A stretch of 64,000 bases of DNA, taken from the NCBI GenBank assembly GCA_044892525.1, contig CM097885.1, forward strand, positions 234,050,001-234,114,000. The letters run 5' to 3'. The DNA is from Schmidtea polychroa. Its lineage: Eukaryota. Position numbers and translations under genes: made by a program. The notes under the pieces were generated by a model. It saw nothing but the letters and a program-made list of their open reading frames with translations. It was not told the origin of the DNA and did not search any database. Positions 25,270-56,622 of this stretch are shown here, in pieces. Numbering within the stretch: position 1 is the stretch's first letter; each line of letters starts with the position of its first letter.

Positions 25270-25845
25270 TCTTCAATAAAAAGTCCAAACATCAATTAAA
25301 CAACTAAATAAAATCCACTCAACACAAAAATGAACTAAAATGAAACAAAAGCAAGAAGTATTACATGAAATCCAATGAAACACCATATAGATACATAACA
25401 GAAGTATGCAAATTTGAATTATTGGCAATAAGAAGAGATATGAATTGAAATTAGAAAGATTTCCAAAAAAATAACATCAGAAAATGAAGAAGCGATAAAA
25501 GATTTTACAATAGAAATGAACAGAAAATTAAAATATTCTATAAAAATGGCGAAATTCATCATGACCGCCTAGTAGCTAGTGGAAATTGACTAAAAGAAAA
25601 ATTTTTAAGAATTAAATAAGCAAAAAACTATTCTGAGAAAAACATAAGAATTAAAAGTAAAAGGAATTATTTAATAAAATCTTTGAAATTACATAAAATA
25701 TTCTAGAAAACGTCCATATCCATTATGGAGGCAAAATTAGTTAAAAATAAATAAAATAAAAACATTAGAAAACAAAAAATTAATAAATTGCGAAAAAATC
25801 GCCATCAAAATTGATAAAAATTAAGATTAAAATTAATTGGAATAT
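25270..25845 (+). repeat. A-rich dispersed repeat, family B
   Basis: Motifs shared with 14780-15435. Followed by (TA)n at 25855-25927. Confidence 0.6.
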
Positions 25846-25850
25846 ACTTT

Positions 25851-25929
<79 letters not shown>

Positions 25930-27593
25930 GACGCATTTTCAGTCACAGTTTAACCAACTTGTGAATTTTAGTCACGATTTAATTTTCGTGAAATCATTGG
26001 AAAGTAAAGATTTATTTTGATTGTTTTGATTTTATGTAACATGATTTGTGAGACTAAATAAACGATACAGCTTGGAATTTTAAGTTACTGTTTTATGTTT
26101 CTCTTAAAAAGGATTCATTTTCTCAGCCTAACATCGCAAATTGTTTCTCGGCCCACACCAATTTCACATGCCAAGTAGTACCCATGATGCGTTCAAAAGG
26201 AAGTGGCAGTTGTACTACTAGGTTCATACGGATTAATTTTACTGTATAGTTTATCGGTATACTACTTGTCACCCGTGTGGACAACGACTAGAAACTGGCG
26301 TTGTCTAAATGGAATGCACTTGGGTAGTTCCATGCTATGCTTGCAGCAGGTAAGCCAAGTATCGCGAATACTAGGGCTGTTAAAATCCATATACGCAAAT
26401 CGGGAACTACGCAATCTTTTTGTTTGTTAGTGGTTCCAAGTTCTGAATATACAACATTAGATGTTCTTCGCACTAGAGTCCTGTGGGCCTTGTGTAATGA
26501 ACAATTTCCTATTTTCTGTAATGTAATCAGGGCCCAGGAGAGAGAGTGCGTATTTAGTTTTCATATTTATGAGACATGTAGTAATATTAATTTTCCAACA
26601 TCTCTTCATTTAATAGCGTTTAATATCATTTAGTATCATTTTTGTTTGTATTTGATTACGTTAAATTTGAGTACAATCACTAATATTTCCATTTAACACT
26701 GCTTACCGAAAATAAAGTTAACTAACACACTTTGACTAATTAATTAGTCGTTAATCGTCAAATTTTTAGCTTCATTTATATTTTAACTATAAATAAATGT
26801 TTTCCATTTAACACCATTTAATACTTCTACTTCAAGTGTTATTTAACTGGAAAAAGACAGTGAAAAAGATATCTTCAGAAATATTATTTTTCATTCTTTA
26901 TAAATAATAATTTAAAATTTATGAATATCATTATATTTGTAACAGGGTACTTTGAGGACTATGAGGTACTCCTTTGAATATTTGGCTCGAAAAGAGTTTT
27001 TCTTGGTGGCTTGAGGATATTTGGTTTAACACATGTTTTTCTAGACCCCCATAATTTTTAAATTATTTTTTGTTTAAATAATCTAATTAAAATAAAAATT
27101 AATTATTAATTTAAAAATAAATTATAAATATTAATTTAAACAAAAAAAAATTCACTTCATTTAAACAAAAATTAAATAAGAAAATTGATAGGATGACCTA
27201 GAAAAAATATTTCAAGTCAGATATTCGTAATGAGAACAGTCCCTAAAAGGTACACTACTGTACAATAATCAAGATAATAAAGATTCTAGTGTATATATTA
27301 ATTCTAAATTTGTAACAATAAAATTTATAAGAAAATATTGTTTTAGAACAACTAATTTTAAATATCTAAATATAAGTCCCCAGATATTCATAATGAAATA
27401 TGATAAAAATCATTTATTTACTAAAAAGAGTTAGAAAATATAATTTATATTGATATTCATAAATTTGGAAAGCCTTTTCTCCATTTGAAATAATAAATTA
27501 CGCAAGGTCCATAAATGACACCCGTATCTCCTTCAGCTTTTATAAAAGTTTCATGGTAATAATATAAATAAAACTAGTTTAAACATTTTTATA

Positions 27594-28601
27594 TTAATTT
27601 GATGATTCGTTTTTAAAATAACAACGGAAGGGAGATTCTAAAGATTGCAATCTTATCTTTTCTTTAATATCCCCAACCGAAAATGTATCTGGGAATTGTG
27701 ACCATATAAGATTTCTCATCCCTGGATCGAGTAATAATGCAATATTGCCTCGTTTGTCATTACATAATCTATTGAAGGGTTTAGGATTCAGTAAACCTTT
27801 AATGGCTTTCCGCAACACTGCAGGAATAATTTGAAAAGTTTCTTCACTTTCAAATCTATATGACACATCCAATGGATCTGGAACACGATATTTGGTAATC
27901 ATTCTATATACTAATATTCCCAAAGAATAATAATCAACCGAATGATCTACATATGTATTACCTTTACGAAACTCTGGAGCTAAATGCAAACTTTTTCCAT
28001 AGAAAATTGTTTTATAGAATCCCATTGGACAATCAGCTATTACCGCAGATCCAAGATCACATATTGTCAAATGACCATTTTTCCTCACTAGAATATTAGT
28101 ATCTTTGATATCTTGATGGACAACTCCAATTCCATGAAGCATACTAATACCTTCACTAATTTCTGCCATTGCGAATGCCAGCATATACTCTGTCACAACT
28201 TTCCTTGTATTGTAATAGATGAATTCTTCCAATGTACCCAAGCTCAGATACTCAAAGAAGATTATCGATAAACCATCCAAGCACTTTGAATATGCATGAG
28301 CTTTTATAATAAAGTCATGATTAATATTTTGTCCGACTTTTTTCAGAACATTTAGTTCATTTTCCATAAAAGGTGAAGGAACTTCATTGAATGCCTTCAT
28401 AACCATTAAATGTTCGTCATCACCAATAAATTGATCGGATTTTATAAGGTAAATGTTTGCACTCATGCCCGACGCAAAACTTTCAAGAACTGAAAATCTA
28501 CTAAATGCCCCCGTAAATAATTCAGGAGTTAATATTTTGATCTCGTTGCAATCGTAAGTGAACATTTGTGTAATAAATGAATTGACATCTAATTTATCCA
28601 A
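27594..28601 (-). CDS. Intronless divergent Ser/Thr protein kinase (AGC-like fold, non-RD)
   Basis: 335-aa ORF with the beta3 Lys (MVMKAF), alphaC Glu (ENELNVL), VHQDIKDTNILV, ICDLGSA, HLAPEF and VDYYSLGI. Confidence 0.9.
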   Translation of the reverse strand: MDKLDVNSFITQMFTYDCNEIKILTPELFTGAFSRFSVLESFASGMSANIYLIKSDQFIGDDEHLMVMKAFNEVPSPFMENELNVLKKVGQNINHDFIIKAHAYSKCLDGLSIIFFEYLSLGTLEEFIYYNTRKVVTEYMLAFAMAEISEGISMLHGIGVVHQDIKDTNILVRKNGHLTICDLGSAVIADCPMGFYKTIFYGKSLHLAPEFRKGNTYVDHSVDYYSLGILVYRMITKYRVPDPLDVSYRFESEETFQIIPAVLRKAIKGLLNPKPFNRLCNDKRGNIALLLDPGMRNLIWSQFPDTFSVGDIKEKIRLQSLESPFRCYFKNESSN

Positions 28602-30573
28602 ACAAATTTCATTGTGAATTTTTGATTTCCGTATTAAACTTTCTTATCCGTGACATCGAATTTCAAAAAATATATCCTTTTAAAGTCTCCTATAAAGACA
28701 TGAAGAAAACAGATACAATTTCATGTCAGATATTATAAAGTAAAAGTCAATAAATTTTAATTAATGACTTCCATAATGCTGAGAAAATATCACTGTCAAT
28801 AACTGAAATCGTGGCTTCACATTTATTGATTGAGCCGATTGTAAATCGTTTTCAGGAATGAGATTATTTGAAGCTTTGCTTTTAATTGTTACATAATAAA
28901 ATACACCCATTTGCCGTGAACAAACACATCTATAATGTAAATAAAATCAATAAGTGCATATTATATAAACATACAAACTTACCTGTGTGTTGATTTTAAG
29001 CGATGCAATGAATAAAGGCATTTAATATAGAAAGTTAGAAAGTGGTAGAAAATTAAATTGACACACATAAACACAACATATAGTTAAAAATTCATGTAAA
29101 ATTTGATATATAGAATCGTTGTAATGAATAAACGCACTATAAAAAATCATTTACAGAAATATTTAGAAAAAAATGACCGAAAAACTTTAACAAAATTCCC
29201 AAAACTCAACTTAGAGTTGTATAGAAAATGAAGACCCTATTTCGTAAGATTTATCTTAGATTTTTAATAAATTTTATATTATTTTAGTATTTCACATTAC
29301 CCTAGAATTTCAACTTTTCCGTCTAATGTTGATGTTGGGATAAAACTAGAACATCGTAAATTTTATTAATCTAAATTTAGTACAATGTCATTCGAAAGGA
29401 GATTTGATTTAATCAATGAGGCTCTGGAAAGTGGGCTGAAAAAAGATGAATATAAAAATATAGAAAACTATTTTGAACACATTCACCGGTTTTACCCTAA
29501 ATTTTGTAAATAATAGATATTTTTGGGTTTGTTACGTAATTACTTTAAAAATAATAAAACTCACATTGTATTAAAATAATTTCAAATTTTTATTTATAAA
29601 TATCTAAAAATCCTGTAAAAATTAATTATGAATAATTTATAATAAAAAATGTTGATAAAAAGTATAAGAGCTTGAATAATGATATCACATTTATATGGAT
29701 CAAAATCGAAGCCTTAAAGTTTACTCTAAATAAAAAAAATTACTTGAAAGTCATTTCTCAAATGGATAACATGGTTAAACTTATAAATTAACTATTTCAC
29801 CACAAATGGTGACGCATCTATAATTGGTTGTGCACACCAAGCTATATTATAGGTGCGTTTGTTCACTGCAAACGGGTGTATTTACAGTATAAATTAAATA
29901 TCAATCAAATTAAAGTAAATTTATTTGTTTTTATAATTCATTTTCTGACATCTTTATTTTTAAATAAAAATTCAACGTGCTTTGAAAAACACTAAAGTTA
30001 TCGCATATCAAATTGACAAATTTCGAAATAAGCTCAACAAAATACTGAATTTAGAGAATCTGAGAAATATTTTACAAAAAAATTATTTTGATGAGGTTTG
30101 ACAAATTGTGCACTCCAGAACAAAGGAATAATTCATACCAAAAACATATTATATAGATAATTTCTGAGACTCTTCTATATTTTATATACAGCCTCTAAAA
30201 TAATTTTTTAAACCGGGATTGTCAAAAATTTTCATTAATTTTTCCCTTTATTTCATTATTTTTATTAGTTAATTAATTATTATAATTTTATTTCTTAATT
30301 TTATTATTTAATTTAATTTAATTTAGTTTAAATTTAAATTATTAATTCTTATCTGTAATTCTTATTACTCTTTTAAAAAGAGTCTTTTTTACTAATTTTC
30401 GCAAACTGAGACAAAAATGTTCAAAATATAAAAATGTATATTAGTCAAACTTATACATTTAATTAAAAAAAAAATCAATAAAAACAAATTTTTTAACAAA
30501 GATTTATTTAAATAACATCTGGTATATCTTCAGCTGTTTCTTTGAATTGCGAGAATAATGGATCCGAATTGAA

Positions 30574-31830
30574 TTATTGAACAACAAATGAGTCACCTCC
30601 CATATAATGCCCATATGCATAACTTTTATTTTCCCCCACCCAAACCCTTTTATCATCTGCGTTGGTAAGTGCATTTTTTTCATTTTTTATGGTGAATAGC
30701 TGGTGATTTTTTGATGTCATTTTTGTTTGCGGCACAGAAAAAATTTGTTTAGTATTATTACAATCCAGGTATGACTGATGTTTTATATCACTACCTTTCA
30801 ATGTTACTCCTTTAGGTTTTTTAGTCTCATCCTCGCCTAACAAACTATAACATTTAGGTCTAAGAAAACCCAACTCCTAATATTTAAGACCTTCATTCTT
30901 GTCTTTGAACTTTCCAATGACAGAATCAAGTTTCTTACTGTATGAGGGATGAGTAGGATCATAATTAGAAGTGTCTAGTAAGTTATCTTGGATCATGGCT
31001 GGTAAAAGAACATCAAGCTTGCAATTAATTATTTCAAGGAAAATTGAATCCGTATCACCTGCAACGATATTAATTTTACAGTTGAATTCGTTACGATATT
31101 TATGTAACTCTTCATACTGCAGCTGATACATTCTAAGTTTCGATAGAGCAAGTAGAGTTTGGCCAATGTAGCTATCTAAACAAATAGCTTCCTTATTTAG
31201 CAAGACTGATACTAAGTCATTGTCAATTTCATAAGTCCTTTTAAACGTTGGTTTAGATGTATATGCAATTAGCCTAGAAGTCTAATTACATAGCCGCAAA
31301 TTCAGATGTTTTTTCAGATTCTCTACGGTTCTCTATATTTTTTAATAAATTATAATAATTTTTATCCAAGTCATTACTCGATTCCGCCCTAAGTAGGGTA
31401 TTATCGTTTGTGAATTTAATTGCCCTATATACATGAATTAATTTTACACCAAGAGAAAGAAAAAGCTTGAGAAGTCTCCAATGAAGAACATATTTCTTCT
31501 TGGGATGATGTGTAAGCATCAACTTCTCAACTTTAGAGCCAGATGGCAACTGGAAAATCATTCAATTTGTCGTGAATCAAATCAGGAATTTCCAAATCAA
31601 CCTCCAAGGTAAATCCAAATGGAAGTACTTCCAAATCTGCAGATTCACAAAAATAAATTATTTTATTTAACCCATTTAAAATCTTTATATGGAAGTTTTT
31701 GGTTTAAGGTCCACCCATACAAATTATTTATATCAATGTAAAGAAGTTCTGTATTGTCGTGGTATTTGTTAACAAATGTTAATACACCACGGATCCCTCT
31801 TTCTAAAAATATACATCTCCATATCTTGTA
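30574..31830 (-). mobile_element. Fragmented protein-primed family-B DNA polymerase (Polinton/Maverick or adintovirus-like)
   Basis: LYIDINNLYGW (~31710-31745, motif A), YVLHWRLLKLFLSLGVKL, IVAGDTDSIF (motif C), SVIGKFKD, LRPKCYS..KKPKGV, and ALTNADDKRVW..YAYGHY. Several frameshifts. Confidence 0.88.
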
Positions 31831-32088
31831 ACAGCTCGATAGGAGATTTCAAAGTCATTAAAGTCATTTAAAATTTATGTCTAATTTAGGTAAATTAAGG
31901 TCTAAAATTTTAAATTAAGTTCTAAAATAAGGTCTAAAATTTTCAATTAAGTAAATTAATTGCTAAATTTTAAATTAAAGTAATCAATGGGTTCAAATAA
32001 GTAATTTAAGGTCCAAATTTTAAAATTAAATAAATTAAATTAAGGATAAATAGGTGAATTATGGTTAAGTTTTAAATAAAGTAATTAA

Positions 32089-33619
32089 CCCTTAAATGCA
32101 TGATGATCAGGCCCGACGCTAGAGTATTTGGCGCCCTAGGCAAACTAAAAAAATGGCGCCTCTAGTCTAGAAACAAACCCAATAATTAAAGAAGTAAATG
32201 AAAATAAAATAACTATACTTCATTTATTTATTACACAAAAATATATATAAAAACAAAAACCATTTAAAATTTAATTTTTCGTGCTTTTAGTTTAGCGAAA
32301 TCTTCAAGCAGCAACTTCGTATCTATATCACGCGCCATTTCGTGTTCAATCGACAATATTGCTAATCCCACAAGCCGTTCTTGTGACATTGTAGATCTTA
32401 TATATGTTTTGATCTGTTTAAGCTTCGAAAAGCTTCGTTCACCGCTTGCCACAGAAACTGGTAGGGTTAATAAAATTCGCAAAGCAACAAATATATTTGG
32501 AACGCTGTCCACTATATTATTTTTACAAATATAATTAAGTACATCTTCCGGCAATAAGTTTTTTGGAATATGTCTAGCTATAAATATCAATTCGTTCAAT
32601 AAATCTGTACCATCAATATCTTTAGAATCATCGTGCCGTAAAAAATTTTTTTCTATCTGCCATTATGCTACCTCAAGTAAAAATTAATAGAATATAATAG
32701 ATTTAATAATAGGTGTAGAAAAATCCAATATAAATTAAATTACTGTGTTGTATATATGTAAAAATTATACTGGAAGTACGACCGAAATTATATATACTTT
32801 AAATAAAAAAAATTTGAGCCCTGCACTAATTAAATTTTATTTTTTTTTTCACTTTCTGTTTATTTATTTTTTAACTTTTTTAACATTTACTTTAGTCTTT
32901 TAAAACTTTACTGCATGTGACTTTATTCTTTTAAAATAAAACTAAAAATTATTGCGTAATTTAAAAAAATTTCAGAGCATGCTATATGCTAAATTTTTTT
33001 TAAAACCGCTTTTCAGTTAACTTTTTTGAACTTGCAAAATATTTTTTTAAATCGATTTTCCGTTGTATTTTTTTAAATTTTAAAAGAAATAAGTAATCGG
33101 TATCGGACTAAAACAACGATGGAANNNNNNNNNNNNNNNNNNNNNNNNNNNNNNNNNNNNNNNNNNNNNNNNNNNNNNNNNNNNNNNNNNNNNNNNNNNN
33201 NNNNNNNNNNNNNNNNNNNNNNNNNNNNNNNNNNNNNNNNNNNNNNNNNNNNNNNATCAATATAAAGATAGAAAGTTTATAAAATATTTAATTTACTTGA
33301 TAAAAAAAGCAGAACTATTTGGCGCCCGCTTGTAAATCGGCGCCCTAGGCTGCTGCCGACGTCGCCTATGCCTAAAACCGGGCCTGATGATGATGTATTT
33401 ATACATCAGTGTATTTGTCCTTAAATAATTTCTAAACGGTAACTCAAACACAGTATTTTTTGCTTTTATTAGGTGCTAAAAATATTTATCTTAGTTTCTG
33501 AACGCAAGCTGTCACAATATGGCAGTTAACTTTTTCAATTGTCAAAATTTGACAGCTTGGCGCAGCATTTTCTGTGTCAATTTATAGTATTAAAAAAGGA
33601 AAAATCATGCATTTAAGGG
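32089..33619. mobile_element. piggyBac-type MITE (~250 bp excluding the nested hAT)
   Basis: 16-bp TIR CCCTTAAATGCATGAT. TTAA at 32085-32088 and 33620-33623. Confidence 0.85.
32108..33386 (-). mobile_element. Non-autonomous hAT (ZMYM1-like) retaining the dimerisation-domain fragment; contains an N-gap
   Basis: Ends CAGGCCCG/CGGGCCTG. 8-bp TSD ATGATGAT (32100-32107, 33387-33394). ORF 32264-32599 has LPVSVASGERSFSKLKQIKTYIRSTMSQERL. Confidence 0.9.
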
Positions 33620-34821
33620 TTAAGGTCTAAAATTCTAAATTAAGTAATTAAGTTCTAAATTTTTAAATTAAAGTAAATTAATGTAAAATTTTAAATTAAA
33701 TTAATAATTTATTGTCAGATATTTTGAATAACTATCATCTGATGAGAAATGAAAATTTTAAATGAAAACTTTAATGAAATAATTTTAGATGGAATATTAT
33801 GTAAATTAAGGGATAAATTTTTAAATTAAAGTAATCAAGGAAATAAATGGTTAAATTTTAAAAATTAAAGTAAATTAATGACTATATTTGGTAAACAAGG
33901 GCTAAATTAAGTAAATAAAGGGTTAAATTAAAGTAGATTAAGGATAAATAGGTAAATTAAGGTCTAAAATTTTAAACATGAGTAATCAATGGTCTAGAAT
34001 TTAATTAAAATTAAAATTTTTAAATTATAGTAATATTTTTAAATTAAATAAATTAAAGTAAAGATTAAAAATTTAAAGTAATAATTTATTGTCAGATATT
34101 TTGAAAAACTAGCAATCAATGAGAATTAACAATTTAAAATGCAAATTTTTATGAAATAATAATAAGAGCTATATTTTTAAATAAAGTAATTAAAGGTTAT
34201 ATTTGGTAAATTAAATGCTAAAATTTTAAATGAAGTAAATTAACGGATGCAATTTGAAATTAAGTAATAAATTTTGAAAAATGATGAGAATTGGTAGTAA
34301 TTATTAAAGAAAATTATGATTAAGTTAATTAGGTTTAAAGAATAATTACCTTTCCATTTAACACTACAGTGTTAATTCTTACCATTTTAGAATAATATTT
34401 TTTAACAAAGTTATTATCTTGATTTATTTAATTTTAATTGAATTTAATGACAAATCCATGTTGAGGCGTGTTGAAGAACAGATCAGATAGCGTTTTAATG
34501 TTTTTTTTTAATAAAAATGTATGTTAGACTGCTTATTGATTATTTGATTGGGTGAATACTGAATGATACGGTTGTTGGACAAGCATAGTCTTGGAGCATA
34601 GTAATCAGTAGGGGTAAATTGGTGCCCGCAATTTTAACTAGAAATAAATTAAAATTCCAAAGGTAAAATAAGAATAACTAAATCATAGTGATGAAAATTA
34701 CGGGTAATAATTACATAATAAATATATATAGAGGTGTATATAGATATTTAGATGTGTAGGTTTTAAAATTAAAATAATAATTTACTTTTCGCGATGCTGA
34801 TCTAAACTTTTACCGATATTA

Positions 34822-35295
34822 TTGATCCCCATAATTTTTAATGATCAAACTATTAGAGAAGATTTGGAACGACCAGAAAACTGTACCACAACAAGTGAAG
34901 AAATTCCGTCACCAAGTAGAGGCACTCAGCGAACAAGTGAGGAAGATGGAAAGGTCGTGGTTTTAACTCGAGGCGATGTGGAAACGTCTCCAGAAACTCG
35001 AGATGCTACAGCTACAAGTGGCACAGGACCAACTGGAAATACGGGCCCTGAAAGTGAAAATCAAACAGCAAGGAGCCCGAGAACATCAAGACATTATTGC
35101 CCAAGCCTTAGCGGAACAGATAATAACTGGGCCAGCAATCGACCACAGAATCTGAAGCTCCACTCCACCTCGAATCCTCCTAAGACTATATCAACTTGGG
35201 AAAATTTTCCAAGCATAATAAACCGGACAAGCTTGAACGCCTTCGACGACGTACGCGAAGAAGCTCGAATCCCAGAGTGTTCAATTGATTTCTGA
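34822..35295 (+). CDS. T/S/E/P-rich ORF of unknown function directly upstream of an LTR family A fragment
   Basis: 157-aa open frame, GC-richer than the flanks, with a homologous decayed copy at 20880-21230. No recognisable domain. Confidence 0.35.
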   Translation: MIPIIFNDQTIREDLERPENCTTTSEEIPSPSRGTQRTSEEDGKVVVLTRGDVETSPETRDATATSGTGPTGNTGPESENQTARSPRTSRHYCPSLSGTDNNWASNRPQNLKLHSTSNPPKTISTWENFPSIINRTSLNAFDDVREEARIPECSIDF

Positions 35296-35329
35296 TTTAC
35301 ATGTTTGACCGTCACCTTAGTGTTGTGTG

Positions 35330-35480
35330 TATATAATAATAAACTTATATGTAGTTAATGCTCGTGACACATTACCAACGTTGATCACTCAACAAGTGTC
35401 GAATGGTTAAACCATTCATTGTATTTTGGGTTGCGTCGGAAACGACGCGAACGGGTAGAATATAGATTACCTGAGACCAA
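35330..35480 (+). repeat. LTR family A fragment
   Basis: ACCAACGTTGATCACTCAAC at 35374 is identical to 20138, followed by TGTATTTTGGGTTGCG (compare TGTATCTTGGGTTACG). Confidence 0.6.
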
Positions 35481-36034
35481 CTAATTTTAATAAAAAGATG
35501 AGTAAGCATTTGGAAATTCAAATTATAATATCGTGTCTAATTCATCTAAAATACACACTAAGTTTATTAAAAATTCTAAAACCCTGATTGGTTTGTGTTC
35601 TAATCTCGATTATTAATTTACATGCAATGGGTGTAATAACACATACATTGAAGAACTTCCCGTCATTTCCGTATTTGAGCTCTTAAACATTATCAACTGA
35701 AGGCTTATACTAATACTAATGAGAAAAAATGCAAAATCGTTTTGATCCATTAAATACCAAAGCCTTTGGTTTAAAAAATAAAATGTATCTGACTGAGTCA
35801 ACTTAATATAAAGATATATTTTAAAATTATTTCATTCGAGTATTTTTAATTGAAAATTAGTTGAAGCATAATTAAGCAACCGAAACTTTCGGATCAGATT
35901 CATTCTGTAAAATAATTTCCTGAATCTGAAACAGATAAAGGTGACTTTTATACGGTAGCTATAATAACCATCTAAATTGTTGTTACAAAATTCTGTTTTT
36001 CATAAATGTGAATCTAAAAAGTCAACTTTTGGTA

Positions 36035-55102
<19,068 letters not shown>

Positions 55103-55199
55103 TGGTATATACTAGACAGAAATCGTTTGGAAAAAGTTGACTTTAAACAATGAATTATTGAGAATTGTGAATTTTTATTTTAAATACCCGCTAGTCTAC

Positions 55200-55213
55200 G
55201 TATCCAAGGTTAC
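55200..55213 (-). promoter_or_regulatory. Candidate RFX X-box upstream of tektin
   Basis: GTAACCTTGGATAC on the minus strand resembles the X-box palindrome GTTGCCATGGCAAC with a GGATAC half-site. It lies 98 bp upstream of the tektin ATG, and a forkhead-like TAAACAA occurs at ~55144. Confidence 0.6.
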
Positions 55214-56248
55214 TTCTGTCAGATAGAATTTGCGCTGATACGGGACCTGTAATGAGAATTGAATTCTACAGAATTTTAGACAGCAGCAGCAGCAGTACAC
55301 ACACAGCATGCACACATATTCATAGACCACAAATATTATGTGTCCTTATCAAAGCATTGTCACTGACAAATAACAATAATTAATATTTACCAAATGCCAA
55401 TTGGTAATTTATACAAACAATAAATTAGTTATATGATCAATATTTAGTCTTTCATTATATATATTATATATAATAATTATTTAACTAATTATTAACAGCA
55501 CTTTAATCCACTTGAGTGTTGTGATTTGCTTTTGTTTTAACTGATATAAAATTATGTTACAGAGACCAGGTAATAGTTTTGAGTGTCATTAAACGTACCG
55601 TTACACAACAGGTCTTTTTAGCATTATTTTTATGTTCATTGACCAATTTTTGTTACAAAAAAAGTTGTTTTATTAAAACAATTATTAAAATATTATTTTT
55701 CTCCACAAAACGTCTGAAACAAATTACAGGTTTATAAGGGGAAAGGTTCTTAAAATTTGATATTTCACAAGGAACTGATTAAATGAATTAAGGCATTACT
55801 GACAGGACAAGTCTCCTGTAGAAGAACTATCCAAAACTCGTCAATACCTAAAATTGGAAAACTCACCTAAAACTCACAAGGTATTTATTATAAAAAAATA
55901 TTTAAAGGAAGATACTATTTTTTATTTATTTGATCATGTTTGATGTGTATTTTTGTTTTAATGATATATTTTTTATTTTCATTCTGACAAAGGTTCAACA
56001 ATTTAAATGATATATTTCTCTTTGAAAATGGGGAAAACGTATTTGGATCAACCAAGACTTTATTATTAGATTTAGTTGAAAGATGGAGAACCTTTTTGTC
56101 CGAAAACCATATTAGAAGTTATTTTTTACGAAGTCCTCACTCAAAAAGCATATAGGATTAGAATTTGTCGAAATAGAAAAAGAATTTATAAAAATTATTT
56201 ATAAACATTTTAAAAATTTATTTTATTAGACAGCGTTGTAGAATTGCG

Positions 56249-56622
56249 GGTACTTCCGTGTTATCTTACCCCCAAAAATTAAATTATAAAATACAATTAA
56301 AATAACAATATAAAAAATGATTGAATACATTATTGATGACGTTATTGAACATTATTGAACATGAATTTATTAAGGCTATCTGTGATTTATGTGATTATGT
56401 GATTAAGTGAGTTTATGTGGCGCAAACGTGTTCTAAGGCAACAGTGCCGATGTGTTCGACACTATTCTCAACGACATTGTGGTTTTCTGGCCACCTGGAT
56501 GACCATTTACAAACTCTTTACAAACATTTGCTGAGTTTGTAACTGTGATTTAGAAAATAAATATAATAATTATGTGTTCTTTTTTAATTTAATTTTTGGG
56601 GGTAAGATAACACGGAAGTACC
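56249..56622 (+). mobile_element. Non-autonomous Merlin (IS1016-like) element
   Basis: Perfect 35-bp TIR GGTACTTCCGTGTTATCTTACCCCCAAAAATTAAA. 8-bp TSD GAATTGCG. Internal transposase C-terminus EFMWRKRV..DVFDTILNDIVVFWPPG*. Confidence 0.9.

Larger units (their letters stand above)
31880..34340. repeat. Degenerate AT-rich ~30-bp tandem array split by nested transposons
   Basis: Units resembling AAGGTCTAAAATTTTAAATTAAGTAAATT at 31880-32085 and 33620-34340. Confidence 0.7.

Noticed and set aside
25811-26020. (YI)n ORF
   Set aside because: Translation of a (TA)n microsatellite.
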